A stretch of DNA of 64,000 nucleotides, from the NCBI GenBank assembly GCA_951406725.2, contig OX597819.1:67022001-67086000 (forward strand), in the 5' to 3' direction. Position 1 is the first letter of the stretch; every line of letters begins with the position of its first letter. This document shows positions 38,870-52,715 of this stretch, in pieces. Made by a program: the position numbers and the translations under genes. The notes beneath the pieces are model-generated. The model was not told the origin of the DNA. It saw only the letters and a program-made list of their open reading frames with translations, and ran no database searches. Source of the DNA: Octopus vulgaris (lineage: Eukaryota).

Positions 38870-39024
38870 TATTCAGTAATATCTTTTTGCTAGACTATTT
38901 TGTCCCTCTGTCTTATTTCATTGTGCGATATGAACATTTAACGTGGTTTTTAAGAGTCAGGGATTTGACTGCTATTTCGGCATGGTGGTATCTCTCAGAC
39001 ACCCTTATTTTTAGTTATATATAT

Positions 39025-39082
<58 letters not shown>

Positions 39083-39096
39083 GCACACATACACAC

Positions 39097-39182
<86 letters not shown>

Positions 39183-39239
39183 ATATCTCTGTGTGCGTGT
39201 ATGTATGTTTTTATGACTCTATGTGTATATACATATACG

Positions 39240-39999
39240 AGAGTGTATAAATTACGGCCCATGAGGTTACTTAATCCGGCCCGCTGCAGCACTGTATCTT
39301 TTGAGCAAGTACCTGCAATGAGTGTCTGTTTGTCTCTGGTATGGTATCAGTGTTTGGAGCAACTTATGTCTGTGAGTAAACATTTTCAAAAATGAAATAT
39401 GGGAACTCAGCACATCGAACGAAGTACACTGATGAACATTTGAAAGCAATTATCTTCGTTGTATGCAGCAATTTCAAAGCAAATATTGATATCTTAAAAA
39501 ACTAAGTACCAACTTCAGGAACCTTGATTATTTTTTCTCCTACTCAGTTTGTGAGATTCGGATATGTGCGCACTGGGTGGGATTTAGTTAGCGTATTGCA
39601 AATGTCGCCCTCTTTGATACCTATTTGTTTACTACCCTCAAGGGGCTAAACACAGAGAGGACAAACAAGGACAGACAAACGGAGTAAGTCGATTATATCG
39701 CCCCCAGTGAGTGACTGGTACTTATTGAATCGACCCCGAAGGGATGAAAGGAAATGTCGATCTCGGCGGAATTTGAACTCAGAACATAGCGGCAGACGAA
39801 ATACCGCTAAGCATTTCGTCCAGCATGCTAACGGCTCTGCCAGCTCGCCACCTGTGATACCGTTTTGGTAAATAAATATTGTAGTTTTCTTCATTTTTTG
39901 TGTATTCATTGTATTTTATTGAACAAAATGGTCATGCGGCTCGCGCTCGTCTTTAACTCAGTTATCCGGCCTGCCGAGAAAAAGGTTTGGTGACTCCTG
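39240..39999 (+). mobile_element. hAT (Charlie/Buster-like) deletion derivative with a nested SINE (39615-39850, minus)
   Basis: MVSVFGATYVCE*TFSKMKY..HRTKYTDEHL (39341-39505) is the hAT dimerization motif; right end AAAGGTTTGGTGACTCCTG. Confidence 0.75.
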
Positions 40000-40285
40000 C
40001 TCTACCCTGTAACAAGCGAAATTGTATCCCTAACAGATACATTTATCGCCACACGCGTCCACGCATATGCACACACCTTCGCACGCGCGTATATGTGTTT
40101 GTATGACCGTATATATAAGTGTATGTACTCTTATGTGTTTGTGTGAGTGCATGTGGATATTTATATATGTGTATGCACATATATGCAGGTAACATGGGGC
40201 AACAGACGGAAAACATGGACAGTTTTATATTCGCCCTTTACTTTTTTTAAAATCTTTCCCATAGGAGCAGATACATTTACTTATG

Positions 40286-40319
<34 letters not shown>

Positions 40320-40763
40320 TGTATGTATGTATGTATGTATGTATGTATGTATGTATTTATGTATGTATGTATATATGTATGTATATATATATGTATGTAT
40401 GCATGTATGTATATATATGTATGTATTTGTGTCCTTTTTATGTATGCGTATATGTATATGTATGTCTGTGCGACGTGTGTGTGTGTGTCTGCGCGTGTCT
40501 GAGCAAGCACGTGCGTGCGTGTATGTGTGTATGCGTGCACGTGCATGCGTGTATGCGTGTGTGCTGTATATATATATTGTTTTATTCTTATATTTTTTAC
40601 TCATTTCAATCATATGACTGCGCCCATGCTGAAGAACCGGGTTTAGTCGAACAAATCAGCTTCATATACATATCTATATATATATACATGTATGTATATT
40701 TATAAATAATAATAACTTTGATAATTCTGATAGGTTTTGGTTATTGAGTTAGAACTCAATAGC

Positions 40764-40853
<90 letters not shown>

Positions 40854-41683
40854 ACACACACATGTATAGATATATATATGTATGTATGTGTCTGTGTATG
40901 TATATTTATATACATAGATTCATACATACATACGTATACGTGTGTGTGTGTGAATATATGTCTTGTGTTTGACTGGTTCGTTCATTTTACCCTTTTCTGT
41001 AACACTCGTATAAATTGTTTACATATTTCATGCGAACGAAGGCGAAACAATTACTGTAAAAATCCTAACACGTATTCGTATATTGATAATATTGAAATTT
41101 GTTGAATCTCTTCATTATGATAACGAAAGGCAGAGCATTTTTGAAAATCGAGTGGCAATCAGCAATTTTTCCAATTAGAGGAGACAAACAGATTTTTTTT
41201 TTTTAAAATCGGAAAGATAAACAGTGGTTTAGGTTGAAAAGAAGGGAAAAGCTTATACAGCGACGAATAAAATAATATTATTTTCATAAAGAGAATTCGC
41301 AGGTTTATTTTGTTGTCTCTTGTTGTTCCTCAAAAGAAATTTCTACGAAAAATTGTTGTCTATTATAGTCATTTTCTCAAATATTTGGTTGTAGCCATAC
41401 TGTCGTACTTGTAATATAATTAAGCTGAGAGAAATATATATATATATAGTTGGATGTTTATATCCATCTCACGACCGAAGACATACGGAGATTCGATGTA
41501 CGCTGCCAAACTCACAATTAGTAATAAGTGGTGGCTGGAAAAATTTTTTTTTCTACAAATATATTTTTAGTTAATCTTCTTTGCAATAATCTGTGGAGAA
41601 ACTATTTTAGATGAAATTGCAACACAAATATAGTAGCAAAAACATGACCAACTGTCAACAACAAATTTATCCACGAAGCAAGA

Positions 41684-41753
<70 letters not shown>

Positions 41754-41758
<5 letters not shown>

Positions 41759-42186
41759 TAAAGATCTTGAAATAGAAATCAGCAAAATGTGGAACCTGAA
41801 GACTAAAACAATACCTGTTGTCATAGGTGCCCTGGGAATGATAGCAAAAGGGGCTGATAGCTACCAAACTCAGATACCAGGAAACCCAAAATGGCAGAAA
41901 TTCAAAAGATAGTGCTCATGGGAACTGCTCATATCCTACGCAAAATACTTTCTATGTAATCTCAAGGTTTAAAACAAACATAATTTTCGGTTTTTTAAAA
42001 AAAAATTATTTTTTTTTTTAGACATTCATTAGTACAACACCAAAAACTCCCCCCCCCAAATATATGGCACACTAGGCATAACAACAACATGAACTTCCAA
42101 CCTGTTGTCTCTTGAGGTCTCTGGGTGAGACTTGTAGCCAACTTGTACAAATATAAAGCAAAAGTCAAACATAGAATAATAATAAT
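41754..42186 (+). mobile_element. Severely 5'-truncated R4/Dong family A copy inside (AAT)n
   Basis: YKDLEIEISKMWNLKTKTIPVVIGALG...ILSM* plus 3' UTR ending AAAGTCAAACATAG(AAT)n; near identical to the 3' end of the 55-kb element. Confidence 0.9.
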
Positions 42187-42391
42187 ATTATTATTATTAA
42201 TAATGATAATGCGATTAACAATCTGGTGTGTTTATTTAATGCCCAAATAGTGTACACAGTGAGTTTCTCTGCCCTAGGTGTCAGGAAGAAACTCGTCAAG
42301 AAATGGAAACTGAATTGAAAAACGAAGGAAAAATATTGATGAAGATGATGATGATGATGATGATGATTAAAAGTATAAGGAAAAGTATCAT

Positions 42392-42916
42392 AATGATCGG
42401 ATGCAGTGCCAGGCAGTGGCTCTCATGGCTTCTGATCTTAACTGATTTGAAGTGTTATCATGTAAATTGTTTTGGTTTAAAAGATGGGCTACAGCAAATA
42501 TTCTGCTCAATACCACAGAGTTGTTTGTCAGTTGATTGACCTTAACCAGTTGAGCATGTCCCTTAGTGGCTGACGATATGTGCATCTCTGATCACGAGCA
42601 GAAATAGTGAGGGAGCATCATAGCCATGTGTTGAGAGGAATTCTTTGGCGTTTAGATAATTCACCTTTCAAAAAATATGGGTGTTTCGTTTAATATTCTT
42701 AAGCAACTTATATTCATAGACCTTTTGAGCGAATTAGGCTGTTCCACCTGAAAAAAATTCTAACTGGGCCCCACTTGCAAGTTAATACCACGCACATGTG
42801 TTTGTAATGCACGTGGCTGGTGTACACTTATAAGACAGGTAGTAAAGATGGATATACTGTGTTTCGCATATTTTTCTCCAGTGTCACTTGGATGGCATGC
42901 ACAGCTCTCTCATTCA
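42392..42916 (+). mobile_element. ~525-bp non-coding interspersed repeat
   Basis: Diverged reverse complement of 51941-52470. Confidence 0.75.
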
Positions 42917-43285
42917 GTGTCGAAAGACACTTGGAGTAATACAAAGCGACATAGGTCAATGTAACTCCACTCAATGTCGGTTGACACTGATTTGGCCTAA
43001 ATATTTATTATAGGATATTTTGCAGCATAAGTTTGTTATAAACATTATTGTTGTTAAGACGATGATCTGACAGAATCATTAGCACGCCGGGCAAAATGCT
43101 TAGCGGTGTTTCATTCGCCTTGACGTTCTGAAATGAAATTGCGCCGAGGACATATTTGCCTTTCATCTTTCGGGGTCGAAAATTTAAATATTGTCATCGA
43201 TGTCATCAGCTAGTCCCCTCTTCTAATTTCAGGCCTTGTGCCTATAGTTCAAAGGATTATAATAATAATAATAATGATAATAATA

Positions 43286-43354
<69 letters not shown>

Positions 43355-43706
43355 GCCTTTGCTTAGTTTCTAACGCTGGAGATGTACTACAATTTCAGCT
43401 GTTCTCTACCAGTGAACTAAGGTAACACCTCTTATTTTTCGAGCACCTTCCGGAGTATTCGAGCGGTTCCAAGAACTGTGGTTTTCTGCAAGTCCTCCAC
43501 CCTTATTGCAGCCCCTATTTATTCCCCGACATTTATTGCTACGACACTTATTTTAATCGAACACAACTGCTTAACTTCCAAAGCTAACCTGTCATATCTC
43601 TCGACTTTTCTTTCTTCCTTATCGCATACTTTGTTGTCAGCTGGACATGCTATATCCATGCTCCAGTATCGTTTGCATTCTTTCTCAATTAAGACTGTCT
43701 GACTTG
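43355..43706 (-). mobile_element. R4/Dong family D 3' fragment between (TTA)n arrays
   Basis: Shares its 3' UTR (ggagatgtact...cagctgtt...gaacta) with 60022 and 63197; RLE-region coding remnants. Confidence 0.75.
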
Positions 43707-43721
43707 TAATTATAATTATTA

Positions 43722-43834
<113 letters not shown>

Positions 43835-43911
43835 GGTGTGGTATGGTGGTCGTGGTGATGATGGTCGTGTTGGTGGTGATGGTGGTATTATTATTATGAT
43901 TATTATTTTTA

Positions 43912-44011
<100 letters not shown>

Positions 44012-44324
44012 CCAGCGTGTATGCATTCAATGTAGTCACTGTGTATGCCTCGACTGGTAAGAAGCAGCCAACTTTCTTGAACCGTTTGAAGTGTTACATT
44101 GGAACGCCATCTTTGATGCACATCTGAATTGTGTGGGTCTAGGTGAAAATAGAATGGTTGAAAAAAGACTCGCAAACTAGCTGACAGGATCCGAATGGAT
44201 ATCCTGAGCGCGTAAAATTTGGTCATGGACAACAGACATTGGTTCATCCAGTAAGAATTTAATCAGAGTATTATAGAGGATGACCTAGATTGTAACCGAG
44301 AAGTGGCAATAAGAAGCATGAAAT

Positions 44325-44925
44325 AAGGCGGCGAACTGGCAGAAACGTTAGCACGCCGGGCGAAATGCGTAGCCGTATTTCGTCTCCATTACGTTCTGAG
44401 TTCAAATTCTGCCGAGGTCGACTTTGCCTTTCATCTTTTTGAGGTCGATAAATTAAGTACCAGTTACGCACTGGGGTCGATGTAATCGACTTAATCCGTT
44501 TGCCTGTCCTTGTTTGTCCTCTCTGTGTTTAGCGCCTTGTGGGTAGTAAAGAAATAAGTACTTCGTCTGCCGCTAAGTTCTGAGTTCAAAATTCCACCGA
44601 GGCCGACTTTGCCTTTCATCCTTTCGGGGTCGATTAAATAAGTACCAGTTACGCAATGGGGTCGATATAATCGACTTAATCCGTTTGCCTGTCCTTGTTT
44701 GTCCTCTTTGTGTTTAGCGCCTTGTGGGTAGTAAAGAAATACAAATAGGTATTTCATCTGCCATTATGTTCCGAATTCGACTATGCCGTTCATCTTTTCG
44801 GGGTCGATAAATTAAGTACGAGTTGAGTACTGGGGTCGATGTAATCTACTTAATCTCTTTGTCTACCCTTGCTTATCCCCTCTTTGTTTAGCCCCCTGTT
44901 GGCAGTACGCCGTTAGCACGCCGAT
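44325..44925 (+). mobile_element. Nin/Deu-domain SINE with body triplicated head-to-tail
   Basis: One tRNA head, then three ~185-bp units starting at tatttcgtct/tacttcgtct/tatttcatct. Confidence 0.85.
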
Positions 44926-45098
44926 AAGTTTACAGCCTCCCTTCAGTGAACGAAGGTAATCATAGGCATTCTAGTTCTGATAATTATATAGTTTGATTCC
45001 ATGCCAAATTTATGAAGTGAAAGTTGCTGGTTAATAACATCAACAAATTGTGGTATTTTGGTACTGTACTTCATGAAACAAGTTGAACAAGACAGATG

Positions 45099-45183
<85 letters not shown>

Positions 45184-45219
45184 GGAGAAAGAGAAAGTAA
45201 GTTAGATATACTGACAGAC

Positions 45220-45256
<37 letters not shown>

Positions 45257-45657
45257 TACATACACGTGTGTGTGTGTATAATTTCAAAAAATGTACAGAT
45301 TTCTAGTATATAATCTCACTATGTATGATTACCTATATCAAGAAGTTTTAAAATCTTAGTATAGAGTGAGCACAATAATAAATAAATATGTATAGTCTAT
45401 GTATCTTTCTTGGTTTTCGATGTAAAATTCAAACTTTTTATCCCACCTATATTTATTTACAAATGATTATCTCCCTTGCAATAACTGGTCACCATGCTAC
45501 ATTAAGTGTTTTAAAACTATATAATTCAGTGAGATGAACTCCTGTTCTCAGCTATCCGTCCCAATGTGCCGGACTAATACCAAACAGATTTTTCTACAAT
45601 AAATTTTTACGAACAGAATTCAATTTCTCTATACATGTTATTTGTTACTGATGTATA

Positions 45658-45693
<36 letters not shown>

Positions 45694-45711
45694 TGTGTGT
45701 GTCTGTGTGTG

Positions 45712-45770
<59 letters not shown>

Positions 45771-47435
45771 AAGAGAGAGTTTTCTATTGGTTGTTGATGG
45801 TTCTTAGAATAAATAAAAGCTTTCTTGTGTTCAGCAAACACTGAAAGTAATAGTAAAGTTTGTTTAAAGAATTCAACAACGTAGATTACATCAATTCAAT
45901 CCAAAATGTATCATGTAAATTTGTTTGTTTGTTTCATTTGACTTTTGTTTTCTTTTAAAATGCCTTGCTTTGTTGGACGTTTCATTATTTCATTGTTTGC
46001 ATGTAATCGTGTTGATTTAATTTTTTCCTTCTCTCGACGCATTTAATAGAATATTTTAAATGACACCTTTTATCGACAATAAGAGACACACAGCTATTTC
46101 TGTTAAGTAGGTTTTCTATTTATTGCTTTGTTCTTTCCATTCTACATCATTTATTATTATTTTATTGCTACTACTGCATTTTTGCAGAATTTGTTTTCCT
46201 TTCGTGTTTCTTTTTTTTTTTTTTTTGATATGTGTTTTGAAAAATTTTCTGATTGTTTTTCTTTTTTGCTCTTTGTTTATCACTGCTATCAACATTTCAT
46301 GTACTTAAGAATCTCAGATAGAATTTTGCCCGACATATTGACGAGTTCAAGATAATAAATATTCTAGAGGATATTTTGTAGATGTCATTAGCTTACATAA
46401 TGCTACAGAGTGGAATTAAGGTAAAATAAAATAAATAACTAAAAACCAAAACTAATGAAAACCAGCCCCAATAATGTAAACCAGACAAATCCTACATACA
46501 AAAGCCGGCATATTACGGAGAAAACAGATGGTCGTTAAGTATATGAGCGTCAATGTTTTGAAGTTGCTTATTATTATAATATTGTGTTGTGAACTGACAT
46601 AAGAGCAGCTGGTTCGATGGTATCTGATAAACAACAGATGAATTAGAAGCTTGAATTCTGTCGACATATTGTGTAACATAATTTTTAAAATACATTAGTT
46701 TCTACGAGGTCTCATGCAGCGTATGTTTTGCTTTTAGATTTTATCTTTTGCTAATTTGAGTCATTGGACTCTGGTCAACTTCACACTGAGGTTTTCGTTC
46801 AGGTTCATAGTATACTACGTGATTCCAGCAAATAATTCCCTCTTTGAGAATATCTTATATATAACATACCTCACAGCTAATGAAACGATATCAGTTGAAT
46901 GATTCTGTCACAGCTTATAATGATCCGCCAATTTTATACCCATATTACAGTAAAATTGTGTAAGAGGTTGTAACTCAATAATTCTCTTGTTGTTCCTGTT
47001 GTCTAATTGATGTTTCTTCTGCTATTGCTACATGTTTTTTAAAACTTATGCCAGCCACAATGAAACAATATATATATACCTTCTTAATTATTTTCAGCGA
47101 CATAATTTGGTAGTATTCGCTTTCATAATATAAACTGTGTTGTTCATATATATATAGATGTATATTCATACACACACATGCACGCACACACACACATATA
47201 CATATGCATACATGTTTAAATACACATCAAATAATGTGTGCGTGCATATATATTTATATATATACATATATATACATACATACATATACATATATATATA
47301 CACACATATATATACATATGTGTGTGTGCATAAAATTAGTGTACATTTAAACAGAAAAAGAGGTGATCCTTAACATATCGCCTTACATGCTGGAAGGAGC
47401 ATTCAAAAGTCGATGCCACAGTTAATGTTTGGCGT

Positions 47436-47507
47436 ACTCGCTGATGAGAACTTCGCCTTGCAAATTATTTTATTTGCTAATTAAAATTCGAAACCCAAGC
47501 TCCGGTT
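47436..47507 (+). ncRNA. Decayed hammerhead motif with long stem II
   Basis: actcg CTGATGA gaa..gcaaat-tattt-tatttgc..ttc GAAA cccaagc TC cggt; stems I and III are imperfect. Confidence 0.5.
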
Positions 47508-47521
47508 GTAAAGCATGGTAA

Positions 47522-47792
47522 AAGTAGAGGTAGGCTGGATTGTAGCCACACTTCTATACAAGAGGAAGGACAAGATACAATTGATCGAAATTACAAGAGA
47601 CGGGCTAGCAATTCCTGTCTGTTATATATTTTGAGTATTGTTATCACTAGCGATATCAAGATATAACTTTGTATTTTGTATTTTATGTGTAGATGTATAT
47701 CTATAGATGTACATGTAATATGTACACATATATATACACATATATACATGCACTAGCACTATGACCCGGCAACGACGGGTCTTTAATGCTAG
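47522..47792 (+). mobile_element. Helitron 3' end fragment
   Basis: Reverse complement of 36579-36849; GACCCG-gcaacga-CGGGTC hairpin then CTAG|T. Confidence 0.8.
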
Positions 47793-50717
47793 TATATATA
47801 TATATAGCTGGAGAGAGAGAGAGAGACAGACATACAGACAGAGTCGATTGAAAGGCAAAACAATTAAAAATCAAAAGAAAAGAATTAAAAAAACGAACGT
47901 GAAAACGTGTACCAGAGACATATTTATTTGACTCTCGGTGAAAGGAGATTTGTTAACAGCTCTTCGTCGGAATGAGAAACGTCCAATGATAAAGAAGAAG
48001 AAATAAAGAAAAATCGCCAAACATATGCGAAGGATAAGAATCAAGGGCATAAATGCAGGAAATTTGTAAGTTTCTGGACGTCCGTTTTAGATAGAAAAAA
48101 AACAACCTCAGGAGCAATAATAATTGGTGAGGGTTGTAAACTTTTCCCATGTCGAAGTTCGATATGTTGCAAATACTGTTTTCATAGCTCACTGTTAGCA
48201 ACGTGATTGCAACTAAGTATGTGTGTAAAAATCGAAATTTAGGGAGTAGGGAGCAGGTGTATTTCAAGCTATATATTGTTTCCAAGCTAGCTGATCCTCT
48301 GATGTAATAATAACGCAACTTTGAGTACCCAGTTAGCTATTTATGAGGCCGAAGTTACCGTATTTATATGACGGTTAAATTGTTCTTAAAGAATCCCAAG
48401 TTAACTCGCAAAAATAGAAGTTTAAATGAGTGGCGAAGCCGGAGGAGGAGAGTAGATAAGTACAAAAAAAAAATCATGAGCAAAGACAAGTGTTGAAAGA
48501 AATAAGATGGTCAGTAAAAAAAGTAATGGAAGAGATGAAATATTGAGGAATCGGGAATTTGTCTCAAGTTGTTAAGAATAAAGAAAATGAGAACGCTAGG
48601 GAGGAGCGGGGATTTAATTTAGATGGATGCTGTCTTCAAGGGAAGAGTTTTTTTGTGAATATTAAACTGGAGTCACATTAGTATGTCTACAGTATATAGG
48701 TACTATGGCCCACCTATGCGGATCCATGCGTAAACAGATATAAAAAATATTTAGAAGAGGAGAAATGGTTAAGAACAGGAACAAATGAATACGAACAAGC
48801 AACACCTTTAATTGATTAAGTAAAACATTACATCATTGTAAAGAAACCGTTTTGTCAAATGAATTCATAAACTTCAAGAAATGGACATTAGAAATGATTT
48901 AACAAAGTTAAAACCCATAGAGCAAAAACATTTGCAGTTATACTGCTAGCAGAATCACTGTAAATGTTCATTAATTCATCTGCCAAAAACGGTTTCTTCA
49001 CAAGGATTTAACGCTTTCATTAATCAAATAAACGTGTAATAATTGGAGTAGAAAAAAGATCAATTTCATATACGAAGTTCCGTTCGTTTATCATATGACA
49101 TCCAGTATTTTTTCCAATTTCTACTGGTGTTCGTTGTTCTCGCGTACATATCCGAATATGTGAGCATGTGTGTATATACGTATGTATATATAAATGTATA
49201 TATATGTTTGTAAATTATGAGGTAGAGATTATGCAACAGTCTCAGAGATAAATATATACGCAGGCACTATTGGTGTATTACCTCACTATGTATAGGCTTT
49301 TCTATAGGGTTAACAGTAGTCGGTAATTTAAATAGTAAAACCTTGGTCTACTATATTCAGGACAAATCAACAATACAAAGAAATCACATGCCAATCCTGT
49401 TAGATTCATTGGCCACGTGTCAATTAAACTGAATATCACACAAAAAGGTCAATACTTTTGTCTCTCTAAGTATCCTATCCTTGATTGATAAAGTGTGTTA
49501 CGAACATTTATTTGTCTAAAAGCACTTGCTCTACAAAGACGTAATACATTGGTTATAAGATTGATGTACGCATCTACTACAACGTATAAAAAAAACGTGA
49601 ATTGATATAAATGATAAAGGATGACAAGGCTGTTTTTGGAAGACCTGTATTCGCCCATGCATACCAGTCTCCCCTCTCAATGTCACTGATGTTATCCAAG
49701 GGGTAAGGTAAAGGCCATTTGAGACACGAGTGGCGTTTCAAATCATTTCTACAGCTGAATGAACTGGAGCCGACACGCGATATAAAGTGTCTGGTTCAAG
49801 AACACAACAAACAGCCCAGTCCAGGATTGTGATCCCGACGTTCTAACCACTGAGCCATGGGCCTTCACACACACACATAACGTGTGTGTTTTGGAATGTG
49901 TGTGCGTGTGTATGCGTGTGTGTTGCTATGGAGTTAAATACTAATTAGCTGATGTTTTATTCGAAATAAATATAAATTGCAAATGTCCAAAATTTTAATT
50001 TTCATGCAGTAATATATCATAATAGAAATGGGTGTTACACATTCCAAGTTACAAGCATCTTTTTTGTGGGGCATGATACTTACCACAGTTCAAAATATAT
50101 TTAAACGCATATAAGATTTCTTTTAAATTCAATATTACTGCTCTCAGTATAAATATTCCATGACCTAAATAGAAAATAACATATATGGCTTACACGACGC
50201 ATTATTAAAGTACATTCTTATGCTAATATAACCTATATTAATATATCATTGAAAAACAGAAGAATATGTCAGGTAACAATAAAAGAAACATTTCGAATAT
50301 ATGCAGACGTACATTTTGTATGTTAAGTATTTTATATGTATGTTGTGTCCAATTTACAATAAATTCTTGAAAATTGACAGCCTAACATCAGTACATAAGC
50401 TTTCAACAGCGAGTAATGTATTTTGCTTCGATGGCATACGCATGCACGCACGAAGACAATTAAATACATACACACATGCAAGCACGTACGTACACAATAT
50501 AAGTTTTAAATGCTAATATTTTACGAGGCTGTGGAGACTTTTCCCTGTACTATCTTATTGTAATAACGACAATAATAAACAAAACACAGTAATGTGTCTG
50601 TAAGATATGTTCGTGTATATAACTATCTGTATCATATTTGTAGACATGTGTATACATTTATACAGCATATATTGTTAATTTTAGTATTGCATTACATTTT
50701 ATAATGATATTCGTTTC

Positions 50718-50833
50718 CCTTCTTCTTCTTCTTCTTCTTCTTCTTCTTCTTCTTCTTCTTCTTCTTCTTCTTCTTCTTCTTCTTCTTCTTCTTCTTCTTC
50801 TTCTTCTTCTTCTTCTTCTTCTTCTTCTTCTAG

Positions 50834-50880
<47 letters not shown>

Positions 50881-50995
50881 ATACTACTACTACTACTACA
50901 ACAACAACTACTACTACTACTACAACAACTACTACTACTACTACCACTACTACTACTATTTCTTCTTCTTCTTCTTCTTCTGCTGCTGCTGCTTC
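50718..50995. repeat. (CTT)n/(CTA)n/(CAA)n compound microsatellite
   Basis: Directly visible. Confidence 0.95.
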
Positions 50996-51076
50996 CCTTT
51001 ATCTTCTAAGGTTTCCAGTTATGAAAACGACTGCTCCCCTACCCCAAAATTCAGGCCTTTTGCCTATTGTAGAATG

Positions 51077-51143
<67 letters not shown>

Positions 51144-51145
<2 letters not shown>

Positions 51146-51783
51146 ATTTTACCCGCATTCTCCATAGTCTCTGTAATTCGATAAAGCCAATTATCTGGCA
51201 ATTTCTATTCTCTTCATCTACTACTACTAAATCAGGACTTCTAACTTCTATTACCCTCTCAGTGGAAATGACTGTTAAATTCACACAACATCGTATATTT
51301 CTTACTTTCTAGTATTTACAAGGTTCATGTTCCTACCAATTATCAGTATGTTCAAATCCTAGCATTTTACAAAGCTTCCAGTGAATTGCTCCCCTTAGAT
51401 TCTCATGTTTTTTCTCGTATTCTTTCTGTACCAGTACTCTACATTTGCTTCATATATGAGTAACACTTTCCCCTTTGTTTTGAATAATCTATATTGGGAA
51501 TCTACTTTGTTTCTGTCTATTTTAGCTTTCATCAAGTTATTCCTTAATACTTGACCTTGTGCAGCTACTAAAAAAATTTCTGTCTCCCTCTTCAGCTTTC
51601 CAATCTGCACCCATAAACAGGTCTCACTACTACTATTTGCTGAAGCTCTCTTTAGGAATATAAGATGCAACACCTTCTCCTACCAGTCCGATAATTTCTG
51701 TACTTTATCTGATTTTTAAGTTCGTTTGGTGTTTTGGTTTCCTTAGATAACTCCACGCAGTTTTCCACTGATATTAACCCTAT
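51144..51783 (-). mobile_element. Old R4/Dong fragment between (TTA)n arrays
   Basis: GKLKRETEIFLVAAQGQVLRNN and RSPDLVVVDEENRNCQII motifs. Confidence 0.75.
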
Positions 51784-51809
51784 TGTTGTTGTTATTATTA
51801 TTATTATTA

Positions 51810-51888
<79 letters not shown>

Positions 51889-51940
51889 CATTAGTATTGC
51901 CATCATCATCATCATCATTATTATTATTATTATTATTATT

Positions 51941-52470
51941 GAGTGAGAGAGCAGTGCATGCCATCAAAGCACAGTATACCCATCATGACTACCCGTCTGA
52001 TAAGGGTACACTAGGCACATGCATCACAACCATATGTGCGCGACATGCTGATCTCATATCAAGAGAAACAGCACACGACCTTGCAGGTGGGGACCATTCA
52101 GAATTTTCTTCTGGTCGAGCAGCCCATCCTACTGAGAAGGTACCTAAATAAGAGTTGTTTAAGGATGATGAACGAAACACCCATGTTTCCAGAGGTGAAT
52201 TATTCAAACCCAAAGAGTCCCTCTCAACACATGACTATGATGCTCCCCCACTACTTCTGCTTGTGATCAGAGATACACATATCGTCAGCCACTAAGGGAC
52301 ATGCTCAACTGGTTAAGGTAAAACAACTGACAAGCAAATCTATGGTATTGAGCAGAATATTTACTGTAGCCCATCTTTTATACCAAGACGAAACAATGTG
52401 CATGATAACACTTCCAATTAGTTAAGATCAGAAGCCATGAGAGCCACTGTCTAGTACTGCATCGGGTCAT
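51941..52470 (-). mobile_element. Non-coding element with (TAA)n on both sides
   Basis: Minus 3' end GCACTGCTCTCTCACTC(AAT)n; second copy at 42392-42916. Confidence 0.75.
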
Positions 52471-52514
52471 TTATTATTATTATTATTATTATTGTTATTA
52501 TTATTATTATTATT

Positions 52515-52591
<77 letters not shown>

Positions 52592-52656
52592 CGTCGTCGT
52601 TGTTGTTGTTGTTATTATTGTTATTATTATTATCATTATTATTGTTATTATTATTA

Positions 52657-52714
<58 letters not shown>

Positions 52715-52715
52715 T

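Larger units (their letters stand above)
38562..39016. repeat. ~450-bp palindrome (Penelope-type inverted pLTRs)
   Basis: Arms mirror around ~38776; the left arm lacks ~27 bp; the terminal 90 bp is duplicated again at 38320-38410. Confidence 0.9.

Noticed and set aside
44325-44925. CRISPR-like regularly spaced repeats
   Set aside because: Whole ~185-bp units repeat with no unique spacers; eukaryotic SINE multimer with no cas genes
48803-49035. ~65-bp degenerate inverted repeat
   Set aside because: Likely an old MITE; no ribozyme core or further signal
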